Below are positions 55,746-63,851 of a stretch of DNA of 64,000 nucleotides, one piece after another. The notes under the pieces are model-generated. The model had not been told where the DNA came from and searched no databases. It saw nothing but the letters and a program-made list of their open reading frames with translations. Made by a program: the position numbers and the translations under genes. Source of the stretch: Oscillospiraceae bacterium (GTDB taxonomy: Bacteria; Bacillota; Clostridia; Oscillospirales; Oscillospiraceae); NCBI GenBank assembly GCA_015068165.1, contig SVKZ01000003.1, positions 936 to 64,935 of the forward strand, read 5' to 3'. Every line of letters begins with the position of its first letter. Within the stretch, counting starts at the first letter, position 1.

Positions 55746-56518
55746 TTCTGACAGTAGATATCGGCAATTCCAATATTGTCATCGGCGGCGTTCGGGAGGA
55801 TGCGGTTTTGTTTGAGGCAAGACTGCGTACAGATGCGACCAAAACCTCCGATGAATACTGCCTGGATTTGAAAAGCCTGATGGATGTTTATCAAGTGGAT
55901 GTGGCAGAAGTAGAGGGGGCAATTATTGCATCTGTGGTGCCTCAGGTTCTGAACTCGCTCCAAACCGCCATCAAAAAACTGACGGGAAAAACCGCCTTTG
56001 TAGTAGGCCCCGGGCTGAAAACGGGCTTAAATATCCTTTTGGAAAACCCCGGACAGACCGGTGCAGACTTGGTGGTAGGCGCAGTGGCGGCTTTGCGGGA
56101 GCATAAGCCGCCAATGACCATTATTGATATGGGTACAGCCACAACCATCTCTGTAATTGATAAAAACGGCGCTTATATCGGCGGCGCAATCATCCCGGGT
56201 GTAAAAATTTCTATGGATGCCCTGACAGACCGGACGGCGCTGCTCCCCGGTCTGCAGCTGGATCAGCCGAAGAAGGCCATTGGCCGCAATACGGTGGACG
56301 CTATGCGCTCCGGCATTATGATGGGCGCAGCCTGTATGCTGGACGGAATGATCGAACGGATGGAAGAGGAGCTGGGCTATCAAACGACGGTGATTGCTAC
56401 CGGCGGTATTGCCAAATTCATTGTTCCCCTTTGCCAACGGGAGATGATCTACGACAAGGATCTGCTGGTTAAAGGCCTTGTAACCCTGTACAAGGAAAAC
56501 ATTAAAAGAAAAGGGTAA
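55742..56518 (+). CDS. coaX: Type III pantothenate kinase
   Basis: VDIGNSN, ASVVP, GADLV, IDMGTATT, GGAIIPG, IATGG. Confidence 0.95.
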   Translation: MILTVDIGNSNIVIGGVREDAVLFEARLRTDATKTSDEYCLDLKSLMDVYQVDVAEVEGAIIASVVPQVLNSLQTAIKKLTGKTAFVVGPGLKTGLNILLENPGQTGADLVVGAVAALREHKPPMTIIDMGTATTISVIDKNGAYIGGAIIPGVKISMDALTDRTALLPGLQLDQPKKAIGRNTVDAMRSGIMMGAACMLDGMIERMEEELGYQTTVIATGGIAKFIVPLCQREMIYDKDLLVKGLVTLYKENIKRKG

Positions 56519-56666
56519 GAAAGACGGCGCAGGCAGAAACACCGGCGCAAATGGCAATAATCAGCAGATGATCAATTAGCTTGTGCAAAACCTCGCGGCG
56601 GGTGGCTGCGTTGGGGCGGGCAACAACGGCCCGGTCCAGATAACGGCAAATAGCGGCAGTAAACAT
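56502..56666 (-). CDS. 54-aa small membrane protein (below the ORF-track cutoff)
   Basis: AAGGAGG RBS at 56676-56682; MFTAAICRYLDRAVVARPNAATRREVLHKLIDHLLIIAICAGVSACAVFLTLFF. Confidence 0.6.
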   Translation of the reverse strand: MFTAAICRYLDRAVVARPNAATRREVLHKLIDHLLIIAICAGVSACAVFLTLFF

Positions 56667-56800
56667 AGAAAATACCTCCTTGGTTTTGTTTGCATCTGTA
56701 ATATATAAACAAAAAGGTACAATAAAACGGACGGTTACACTACTTGCATAGAGAAAAGAAATGTGCTATGATACAGGCACATTGAAAGGGCGGCGAGCTT

Positions 56801-57181
56801 ATGAAAAAGATAAAAAACCCGATTCCGGAAGAGTATTTGGATATTCTGAAGAAGATATGGTCCTATGTAAAGATAGGTGGTCAGTGGATCTATAAGCTTC
56901 GCAGTGTGGTTTTGGCGATTCCTGTGGTAATTGCGGCAATTTCCCTGGCAATAGACAATGCTGCCCGCCTGCCAGTGTTTGTAGGCATCAATTTGCAGGC
57001 AAACGGTGAGTACGCAATGATGATCGAGCGAAATGTGGCGGTTATGGTGCCGCTGCTGATTACCGTTGGGAGCCTACTGATGATGTTCCTTTCCCGAAAG
57101 GTGCTGTATCCCTGGCTTGTAAGCGTATTTTCTTTAGTGATTCCGGTATTGCTTTGGATTACCAATATTTTCCCCGGATAA
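56801..57181 (+). CDS. Hypothetical membrane protein (126 aa, ~3 TM)
   Basis: Open frame with three hydrophobic segments. Confidence 0.7.
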   Translation: MKKIKNPIPEEYLDILKKIWSYVKIGGQWIYKLRSVVLAIPVVIAAISLAIDNAARLPVFVGINLQANGEYAMMIERNVAVMVPLLITVGSLLMMFLSRKVLYPWLVSVFSLVIPVLLWITNIFPG

Positions 57182-57201
57182 GATTTGTATCGCAGGTGAA
57201 A

Positions 57202-57242
57202 GGCGGGGCTTTATAAGACAGTATGCCTTATGATACCCCGCC
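57202..57242. repeat. Degenerate copy of the 54180-54219 palindrome, probable terminator
   Basis: Shares GCGGGGCTT, TAAGACAGTA and CCCCGCC blocks. Confidence 0.65.
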
Positions 57243-57265
57243 CGATACCTGCGGCGTTTTTACCC

Positions 57266-57294
57266 TTGACAAACCTGTACTGCCGTGCTAAAAT
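57266..57294 (+). promoter_or_regulatory. SigA promoter of tRNA-Ser
   Basis: TTGACA-N17-TAAAAT with TGn extension. Confidence 0.85.
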
Positions 57295-57321
57295 AGCGGA
57301 GCAACTGCATATCTTTTATTC

Positions 57322-57414
57322 GGAGTGATACCCAAGAGGCCGAAGGGGCTCCCCTGCTAAGGGAGTAGGCGGTCTTAAAGCCGCGCGAGGGTTCAAATCC
57401 CTCTCACTCCGCCA
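57322..57414 (+). tRNA. tRNA-Ser(GCT)
   Basis: Acceptor GGAGTGA/TCACTCC; anticodon arm CTCCC-CTGCTAA-GGGAG; long variable arm; T-arm GAGGG-TTCAAAT-CCCTC; encoded CCA. Confidence 0.97.
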
Positions 57415-57589
57415 AATAGCCGATTTTGCCAAGTTTTTGGTGGAATTGGCTATTTTTTATGCGAAATTGTTTCTTTTTTCTCTATTCCTTAGTTGGCGAA
57501 AAATCGTGCAAATACGGCGAAATATTACGCAATCTTTTTCTATTGCGTATTCTATTGCGTATGGAACTAATTATGAGGAGGAGAATTTT

Positions 57590-57943
57590 ATGGAAGCGTT
57601 TCACGAAAAAGATGTACAAAAAAGAGTGTCCAGCACACTGCGAAAACTGGGATTTCCGGTATATCGGAATGGGTTTCGATGTCTACGATATGCAATCCCC
57701 AGATTTTCCCAAGATCCAAACCAAAGCATAACAAAGGAACTGTATCCCTATGTTGCAGAACGGCTCCAGTTTACAGGGTGGATGGCTGTGGAGAAAGCGG
57801 TACGCGAAGCAATCTCTGCGGCGTGGAAAAATCGAGACCCGAAGAAATGGGAAGAGCTGTTCCCGGGATGCGAAAAAGCTCCGTCAAACAAACAGCTTAT
57901 TGCTACGCTTGCAGAATTGCTATGCGAACGAATTGAATCGTAA
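57590..57943 (+). CDS. Spo0A C-terminal (effector)-domain-only protein
   Basis: LRKLGFP..GFRCLRYAI..SITKELYPYVA..AVEKAVREAISAAW..PSNKQLIATLA matches the Spo0A DNA-binding domain; no receiver domain. Confidence 0.85.
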   Translation: MEAFHEKDVQKRVSSTLRKLGFPVYRNGFRCLRYAIPRFSQDPNQSITKELYPYVAERLQFTGWMAVEKAVREAISAAWKNRDPKKWEELFPGCEKAPSNKQLIATLAELLCERIES

Positions 57944-57975
57944 AAATTAGGGGGAGGCGTATTGCCTCCCCATTT

Positions 57976-59079
57976 TTATTTTGGTTTTGATAACTTGTTT
58001 ATAGCCTCAAGCATTGGTTCTATCGACACGTGGATATATTGCTCGGTGGTAGAAAATCTGCTGTGTCGCATAATCTTCTGCAAAACGCTTGCCGGTATGT
58101 TTTCTGTGGCTAAGGTGCTTGCAGTGGTATGCCTGCAGCTATAGGGCGGCAGGCGTTTACAGCCAGCTCTTTCAAGAGCCTCGTAGTACTTGTCGTAGAA
58201 AGCGTCCCTGCCGATTTGGATTAACTTATCTCCCGGGGTGTGCTCGCACAGGTCCGCCAGTACAGGCAGGATGATATCTGCCAGAACGATGGGCGTCTGC
58301 TTGCGCTCCTTGGTCTTTTTGCCGGCACCCCATATCTGCTTGCCGTCCCAATCAATTTGGCTCTTGCGGGCGTCCAGCAACTCACCGGGCATCATTCCCG
58401 TGTGGATCATAAGAAGTATGTAACCTGTCCACCAGTTTCCAGCTAAATAATCATCCCAAAGCTTGGAAATGTCGTCCGGACTGAAAGCTTCCCGTTCTTT
58501 TGCATTTAACGGTGGCAGCTCGATGTATTCGGCAAGGTTGAGCGGGACAAACTGATCCGGCAATGCCAACTGGTATAGTTTGGATAGAAGATCTTTAATG
58601 TCCCTGGCGGGATAAAATGTTTTTGCGTGGCGATCCACAATGCCCTGAAGGTCTGATACGGTCAGGAGATCAATGCGGACAAATGCTTCTTTCTCAATTT
58701 TGCGCCAGACAATGGCATATTTCTCCTTCCGGGAAGCAGAGAGCTTATCATACTGCCGGGAATCGGCGTACCGTTCCCAAAGCTCATATAATGTGGGCGC
58801 TTTGCGTGGCCGCTCATTTTTGAGGGTAGGGATGTACTCAATGGCTTCTTTTTTTGTCTTAAAGCCTCTTTTGGTAACCCGGATCGGTACGGCCCTGCCA
58901 TCTACGACTTTGTAACCGAGGACGACGGCAGCTTCCCACGTCCGACCTCTCTTGTAAACAGAGCCGGTACCATTGCCCCGGCGGGTGCCATTGCGGGTGA
59001 TAGACTGCTTTCTTCCGCAAAACGGGCAAAAAATTGCGCCTTCCGGCAGCTCTGCGGCACATTTTATACAATTAGACAT
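57976..59079 (-). CDS. Tyrosine recombinase/integrase with N-terminal zinc ribbon
   Basis: CIKC..CPFC; NGTGSVYKR arm-binding domain; TGMMPGEL, YSCRHT, MRHS..TTEQY; AAGGAGG RBS. Confidence 0.92.
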   Translation of the reverse strand: MSNCIKCAAELPEGAIFCPFCGRKQSITRNGTRRGNGTGSVYKRGRTWEAAVVLGYKVVDGRAVPIRVTKRGFKTKKEAIEYIPTLKNERPRKAPTLYELWERYADSRQYDKLSASRKEKYAIVWRKIEKEAFVRIDLLTVSDLQGIVDRHAKTFYPARDIKDLLSKLYQLALPDQFVPLNLAEYIELPPLNAKEREAFSPDDISKLWDDYLAGNWWTGYILLMIHTGMMPGELLDARKSQIDWDGKQIWGAGKKTKERKQTPIVLADIILPVLADLCEHTPGDKLIQIGRDAFYDKYYEALERAGCKRLPPYSCRHTTASTLATENIPASVLQKIMRHSRFSTTEQYIHVSIEPMLEAINKLSKPK

Positions 59080-59232
59080 AATACCCTCCTTGATTTTTTG
59101 GGAGGGGTATGTTACCATATTATGGCAGAATACCCCTATACTTTGACTGGTGTAACGGGATTTGCGTTGTCCCATAGCGTTGGCGCGCTGGGGACGCTTA
59201 CCGCTTCGGTGTTGGCGCACCGGGGCGGTTTT

Positions 59233-60318
59233 TTATATTTCTTTACCCTTTTCGGCGGCAAGCAGTTTAAGGGTTTGATAGTTTTTTGTGTTTTGGGTTC
59301 TCATGCGCCGGAAACTGGTGATATTTTTAGGTGCTTTAGCGGGGAAATTGTTTTGCAGCCATATTAAGGTGTGATCGTCAAGGTGTTTTTGATATTCGAT
59401 TTCAATTATATGATCTTCGTAGTGCTGTTGTTGTTCTTTCCGCTTGGCTTCTCTTTGCCGTACTTCTTCAACGGCTTTTTTGCAGTCTTTGGTTCGATCA
59501 TCTGCAAAAGGTCTATTACTAAAGGAAACGATATTGCGCTTATAAAAGATATTTTTTATGGGGTGATGAGCCAATGTTATTTTCATACTATTACTTGACA
59601 TATTGTCAATGTATGCGAAAAAACGATGTGTACAACCAGGATGAACGCAACCATATTTTGAGATTTCATAAGGGAGGGGAGGATACTTCTTGCTTTTACC
59701 AGAAATGGAATAAACCCTTCCTTGATATTTGGCACATTCGGAGCAGGCAAATTCTTCCGTGGTCATTATTAAATAATCAGTACCAAGCGTGTGGGCATTT
59801 CTTATTTCTTTGTGCAGGGCGTTTATGGATTCATCACATTCTGCCTTGCCGTAATAGGCATCAATTTCTTTTTTGGTGTTTTTGGCATCTTCGAGGCGTC
59901 CAGATCGTGCGAGCAGACGAACAAGATAGTATGCTTCTGTTCGCCTGTGTGTTGGGTACTTCAATCGCATAAGATCATTCGATTTTTGCTGACACGCTAT
60001 TGCCAAATCGTACTTTTGTTCACTGGCATATTGTTGTGCTTTACTATGAAGATAATAATATACCTCTCCAGTAGGGCCTGACATAATAGAATTTGCGGGG
60101 ACAGGGGCTCTTGGCAGGTCGGCTCTGACAGGAATTGAGTTGATTTGCTCTATAGTATCTGTGCTGTAATTTCTACTTAGCCAAGCTATTTCAAAGTTTC
60201 GGAACTGCCTATAAAGTTCTGGCGGAATGTCAGAGCCAGATGCGTTTAGAGCTGAGATTCTGGATAGTAAAATTCTTTCCGCATAAGTCAGATTATCAAT
60301 GTTGTTACATTTTTCCAT
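59233..60318 (-). CDS. 361-aa lysogeny-module hypothetical protein with MuF/minor-capsid-like Cys-His motif
   Basis: GGAGG RBS; CSECAKYQGRVYS..YPPL..HPGCTH; AT-richer than the flanking genes. Confidence 0.75.
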   Translation of the reverse strand: MEKCNNIDNLTYAERILLSRISALNASGSDIPPELYRQFRNFEIAWLSRNYSTDTIEQINSIPVRADLPRAPVPANSIMSGPTGEVYYYLHSKAQQYASEQKYDLAIACQQKSNDLMRLKYPTHRRTEAYYLVRLLARSGRLEDAKNTKKEIDAYYGKAECDESINALHKEIRNAHTLGTDYLIMTTEEFACSECAKYQGRVYSISGKSKKYPPLPYEISKYGCVHPGCTHRFFAYIDNMSSNSMKITLAHHPIKNIFYKRNIVSFSNRPFADDRTKDCKKAVEEVRQREAKRKEQQQHYEDHIIEIEYQKHLDDHTLIWLQNNFPAKAPKNITSFRRMRTQNTKNYQTLKLLAAEKGKEI

Positions 60319-60338
60319 GATGGTGCCTCCCGGAGCAT

Positions 60339-60992
60339 TTATCTTAATGTGCTTGTAAAGGCAACGGCTTTGCCCAGAATACGAATATTGTTCATTTCTT
60401 CGCCCCAATAGACCATAGGGCGGTACTGGGGGTTTTCCGGCTCCAGGGAGATATGATCTTCAAAGAGCTGCACGCGCTTTAGGGTGGCTTCGCCGTCGAT
60501 CAGGACGGCGGCAATCTCTCCGCTGTCCACGGTATCTTGCTGGCGGATGTAAACAATATCGCCATCGAAGATCCGGGCATTGATCATACTGTCGCCCTTG
60601 CAGGTTAGGGCAAAGTCGGCGTTTATATATTTAGGCATATCCACATATTCCTCTATGTGCTCCTCCGCCAGGATGGGCGCACCGCAGGCGATCAATCCAA
60701 GCAGCGGGATTTGCCGCGTTTCCGGTAGTGGGATAATCCCAAGGTTATCTACAAAAAAATCAACAGGCATATCGTCAATGGTGTTGAGCAACTCCATAGT
60801 TGTGAGCCTCATTCCTTCCGCCAGCTTTTTCAACTGTGGAAGGGTCGGCGTAACAGGCTTTCCTGTGTTTGGGTTAATTCCTTTTTCCAATATGGAGATA
60901 TACCCGTTTGAGAGACCGCACAGATCGGCAAATTGACGTTGAGACAATGCGTGTGCCTCTCTGTATTCACGAATAAGAACACCTAATTCCAA
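60339..60992 (-). CDS. CI-like prophage repressor (XRE HTH + S24 autopeptidase)
   Basis: LSQRQFADLCGLSNGYISILEKG; IACG cleavage loop; GDSM Ser and TLKR Lys; TTG start with AAGGAGG. Confidence 0.93.
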   Translation of the reverse strand: MELGVLIREYREAHALSQRQFADLCGLSNGYISILEKGINPNTGKPVTPTLPQLKKLAEGMRLTTMELLNTIDDMPVDFFVDNLGIIPLPETRQIPLLGLIACGAPILAEEHIEEYVDMPKYINADFALTCKGDSMINARIFDGDIVYIRQQDTVDSGEIAAVLIDGEATLKRVQLFEDHISLEPENPQYRPMVYWGEEMNNIRILGKAVAFTSTLR

Positions 60993-61011
60993 AACCTCGT
61001 CCTCCTTGTTT

Positions 61012-61140
61012 TGTTTAATGTATTGTACAAAATAGGGAGGCTTTTGTCAAGCAAAATGTGAAATTTATTAAACATAAGCAAAAAAAGATATTGACAAGCT
61101 GTTTAATTCGTTATACAATGAGTGTGCAATCGGTTTAACA
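61012..61140. promoter_or_regulatory. Lysis-lysogeny switch: two back-to-back TTGACA-N17-TACAAT promoters and four 18-bp operators
   Basis: Leftward promoter 61050-61022; rightward promoter 61091-61119; operators TGTnnAAT-N2-RTTnnACA at 61012, 61057, 61100, 61123. Confidence 0.85.
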
Positions 61141-61185
61141 TTTACCATAAGCAAAACAAAATCAAAACGGGAGGAGGTTAAGGTT

Positions 61186-61380
61186 TTGGGTTACAGAATT
61201 AAGGAAGCGCGAGAAGAAAAAAAGATGACACAGGAAGAACTCGCCGAAAAAAGCGGTGTAAGCCGCGGAACAATTTCAGCCCTTGAAAGCGGAGTTGAAC
61301 GCACGACCACCACAAAGACGTTACTAAAAATAGCGTCGGCGCTGGATCTAACAGTAGACCAGCTTTTTTTGTCCCCTTAA
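61186..61380 (+). CDS. Cro-like XRE HTH protein
   Basis: RIKEAREEKKMTQEELAEKSGVSRGTISALESG; divergent from CI. Confidence 0.92.
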   Translation: MGYRIKEAREEKKMTQEELAEKSGVSRGTISALESGVERTTTTKTLLKIASALDLTVDQLFLSP

Positions 61381-61398
61381 TGTTAAATTGATTAAACG
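61381..61398. promoter_or_regulatory. Fifth operator directly after the cro stop codon
   Basis: TGTTAAAT-TG-ATTAAACG. Confidence 0.7.
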
Positions 61399-61456
61399 GA
61401 CCTTCGGGGTAATTTTAGCAGAAGGGAGAGCAAATGACAAGAGAAAGGAGAACATT

Positions 61457-61663
61457 ATGCTAACCATTGAAGAATTATGCGCATCTGAAAAGGCGTTTTT
61501 TACGCCCGGGGATGTAAGCGGGGTTTTGGGGTCTAATCCCCAAACCATCCGGGTAACGGCACGCCAGCGACCCGATTTGATAGGGTATGAATTTACCTTC
61601 GTTGGTAACCGAATGAAGATCCCTAAGCTGCCTTTTTTAAGGTTCCTTGGGGTGATCGTTTAG
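61457..61663 (+). CDS. Excisionase-like small DNA-binding protein
   Basis: AAGGAG RBS; FTPGDVSGVLGSNPQTIR..MKIPK winged-helix pattern. Confidence 0.7.
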   Translation: MLTIEELCASEKAFFTPGDVSGVLGSNPQTIRVTARQRPDLIGYEFTFVGNRMKIPKLPFLRFLGVIV

Positions 61664-61674
61664 GAGGTGGGGTG

Positions 61675-61914
61675 ATGTCATTAGAAGACCTTTTGGTAAT
61701 CACAATTGGCATCTTTTTGGTTATCGCCTATCTGGTAATGAAGTGGTGTGAGAGGAATACATACGTATTGGGCGTTGGCTGGGCGATTAAACGCAAAGTA
61801 TACCTATGGCACCAAAACAAAAAGAAAAGCCGCCTCCGGTGTGCGAGACCGGAAGACGGCAAGTGCAAATCTATGCAGTGCTATCGTAGCACAGAAATGG
61901 AGAAAAATCAATGA
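61675..61914 (+). CDS. Small phage protein with N-terminal hydrophobic segment
   Basis: AGGAGG RBS; ATGA overlap with the next gene. Confidence 0.6.
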   Translation: MSLEDLLVITIGIFLVIAYLVMKWCERNTYVLGVGWAIKRKVYLWHQNKKKSRLRCARPEDGKCKSMQCYRSTEMEKNQ

Positions 61915-63851
61915 CTGAGATTAAATTAATTAGCCTATGTTTGGAAAATTTCAAATGCCATCGGCATCTGCGGCTGGACTTTAACGGAAGAAATACAGAA
62001 ATTTCAGGAGATAACGCAAGCGGAAAGACATCTGTATTTGATGCCTTTATGTGGGTGCTATTTTCTAAGAGCTCTACCGGTATCGGAGATAAAAATTTTG
62101 AGGTAAAACCGCTTGACAAGGACGGCAATGTAATTGACCACGATGCTTTGACTTCGGTAGAAGTGGTACTGGAGATAAACGGCGAAAAACTGACACTACT
62201 TCGTACATACCGTGAGAAGTGGGAGACCCGCAGAGGATCGAGCGAGACAGTATTCACAGGGAATACCAGTGAATATTACATTGACGGAGTTCCGGTAAAG
62301 CACAACGCTTTCCAGGATAAAGTCAATGAGCTGGTGAGTGAAGATACCTTCCGTATGCTGACAAACACCACACATTTTGCCTGGGATATTCCTTGGCAGG
62401 AGCGCCGGGCGGTGCTGTTTAAGGTTGCCGGTGTGATGGATGATGCACAGATCCTGGCGACCTGCGAGGGCTTTGCTCCATTGGTAGAGAGTATGGGCAA
62501 GCTCAGTTTGGAGGATTACAAGAAGAAGCTACTGACGGAAAAGAAGAAGTTTGTGGGCGCTAAAACAGAGATTCCTGCCCGGATCAGCGAATGTCAGAAG
62601 ACCATCAAGGACATCCAGGACCTTGACTTTGCCGGTGCTCAGGCGGAAGTGGAAGTTCTGAATGCCAAGAAGGAAGCTATTTCTGCGCAGATCGTGGCAC
62701 TTGAACATAGCAGTGAGGCTGATAAAAAGGCTTTGGAGATCCGGGAAGCGGAACTGGAGCTTTCTACACTGGAAAGCGAAAACCGGGCATACAGGACAAG
62801 CCAGAGCAGCGGCCTCTTAAATGTCCAGAATCTAAAAATGGATCTGAGCGACCTGCGGAAGCGGCTGGACAGAAAGCAGCACGAGCTTGCCAACGAGCAA
62901 GCATACATTGATGGTCTTAATAAGAGCATTACCCAGTACCGGGATCGATGGATCAGCGTCAACGGCGAGACCTTCATCGGCGGCAACTGCCCCACCTGCG
63001 GTCAAAATCTTCCGTCCGTACAGCTTCAAACAGCTAAAGCCCAATTTGAGAATGACAAGCAGAAGCGGCTTGCTGACATTCTACAGACCGCCAATTCCTA
63101 CAAGGAATCCAAAGCCCAGGCAGAGGAACGGCTTGCCGGGCATCAGGAGGAAATTGGGCAGCTTGAAGCAGGTATCCGGCAGAAGGAGCAGGATATCGCA
63201 GCTGCGGAGGCTTCTTTGGTAGAAATTGTGGATATGGCAGACTATGCCCAGCGCAAGAGCGACATTCAGGCTCGCATTGATAAGTTAAACGATGAACTTT
63301 ATGAAATTAATCATAGTGTTTCTGGCCTGAAAATGCGGTTGCGGCAGGAAATGTCCGAGATTAACGGGCAGATCGGTGTGAAGATGGGCATTATCAGTAC
63401 GCAGAATATGCTGGAATACTCCCGGAAGCGGATTGAGGAGCTGCGTGAGGATGCCAAAAATAGTGCGGAATGCCTGGAAGCCATTGAGAAAATGTTGTTC
63501 CTGATGGACGAATACAGCCGCTATAAGACCCGATTTGTGGAGGACAGTATCAACGGCCTGTTCCGTATTGCCCGGTTCCGTCTGTTCCGTGAGCAGGCCA
63601 ACGGTGGTGTTGAGGATCGGTGTGATGTTGCATATGACGGCGTTGTATATGAAAACTTAAACAACGGTATGAAGATTAACCTGGGCATCGACATTATCAA
63701 CACCCTGTCGCAAGCCTACGGTGTGAGAGTGCCGCTGTTTGTGGATAATGCGGAGAGCGTTACTCAGTTGGAGAAATGCGGAAGTCAGATCATCCGGCTG
63801 GTAGTGTGTGAAAAGGACAAGGGGCTGAGAGTGAGCTATGAAAATTCGTAA
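61911..63851 (+). CDS. Phage Rad50/SbcC-like (SMC-type) ATPase
   Basis: GDNASGKTS Walker A; coiled coil with central CPTCG hook; LNNG signature-like; LFVDNAES Walker B. Confidence 0.88.
   Translation: MTEIKLISLCLENFKCHRHLRLDFNGRNTEISGDNASGKTSVFDAFMWVLFSKSSTGIGDKNFEVKPLDKDGNVIDHDALTSVEVVLEINGEKLTLLRTYREKWETRRGSSETVFTGNTSEYYIDGVPVKHNAFQDKVNELVSEDTFRMLTNTTHFAWDIPWQERRAVLFKVAGVMDDAQILATCEGFAPLVESMGKLSLEDYKKKLLTEKKKFVGAKTEIPARISECQKTIKDIQDLDFAGAQAEVEVLNAKKEAISAQIVALEHSSEADKKALEIREAELELSTLESENRAYRTSQSSGLLNVQNLKMDLSDLRKRLDRKQHELANEQAYIDGLNKSITQYRDRWISVNGETFIGGNCPTCGQNLPSVQLQTAKAQFENDKQKRLADILQTANSYKESKAQAEERLAGHQEEIGQLEAGIRQKEQDIAAAEASLVEIVDMADYAQRKSDIQARIDKLNDELYEINHSVSGLKMRLRQEMSEINGQIGVKMGIISTQNMLEYSRKRIEELREDAKNSAECLEAIEKMLFLMDEYSRYKTRFVEDSINGLFRIARFRLFREQANGGVEDRCDVAYDGVVYENLNNGMKINLGIDIINTLSQAYGVRVPLFVDNAESVTQLEKCGSQIIRLVVCEKDKGLRVSYENS

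Noticed and set aside
61871-62257. 128-aa minus-strand ORF
   Set aside because: Antisense to the phage Rad50-like gene; no RBS.
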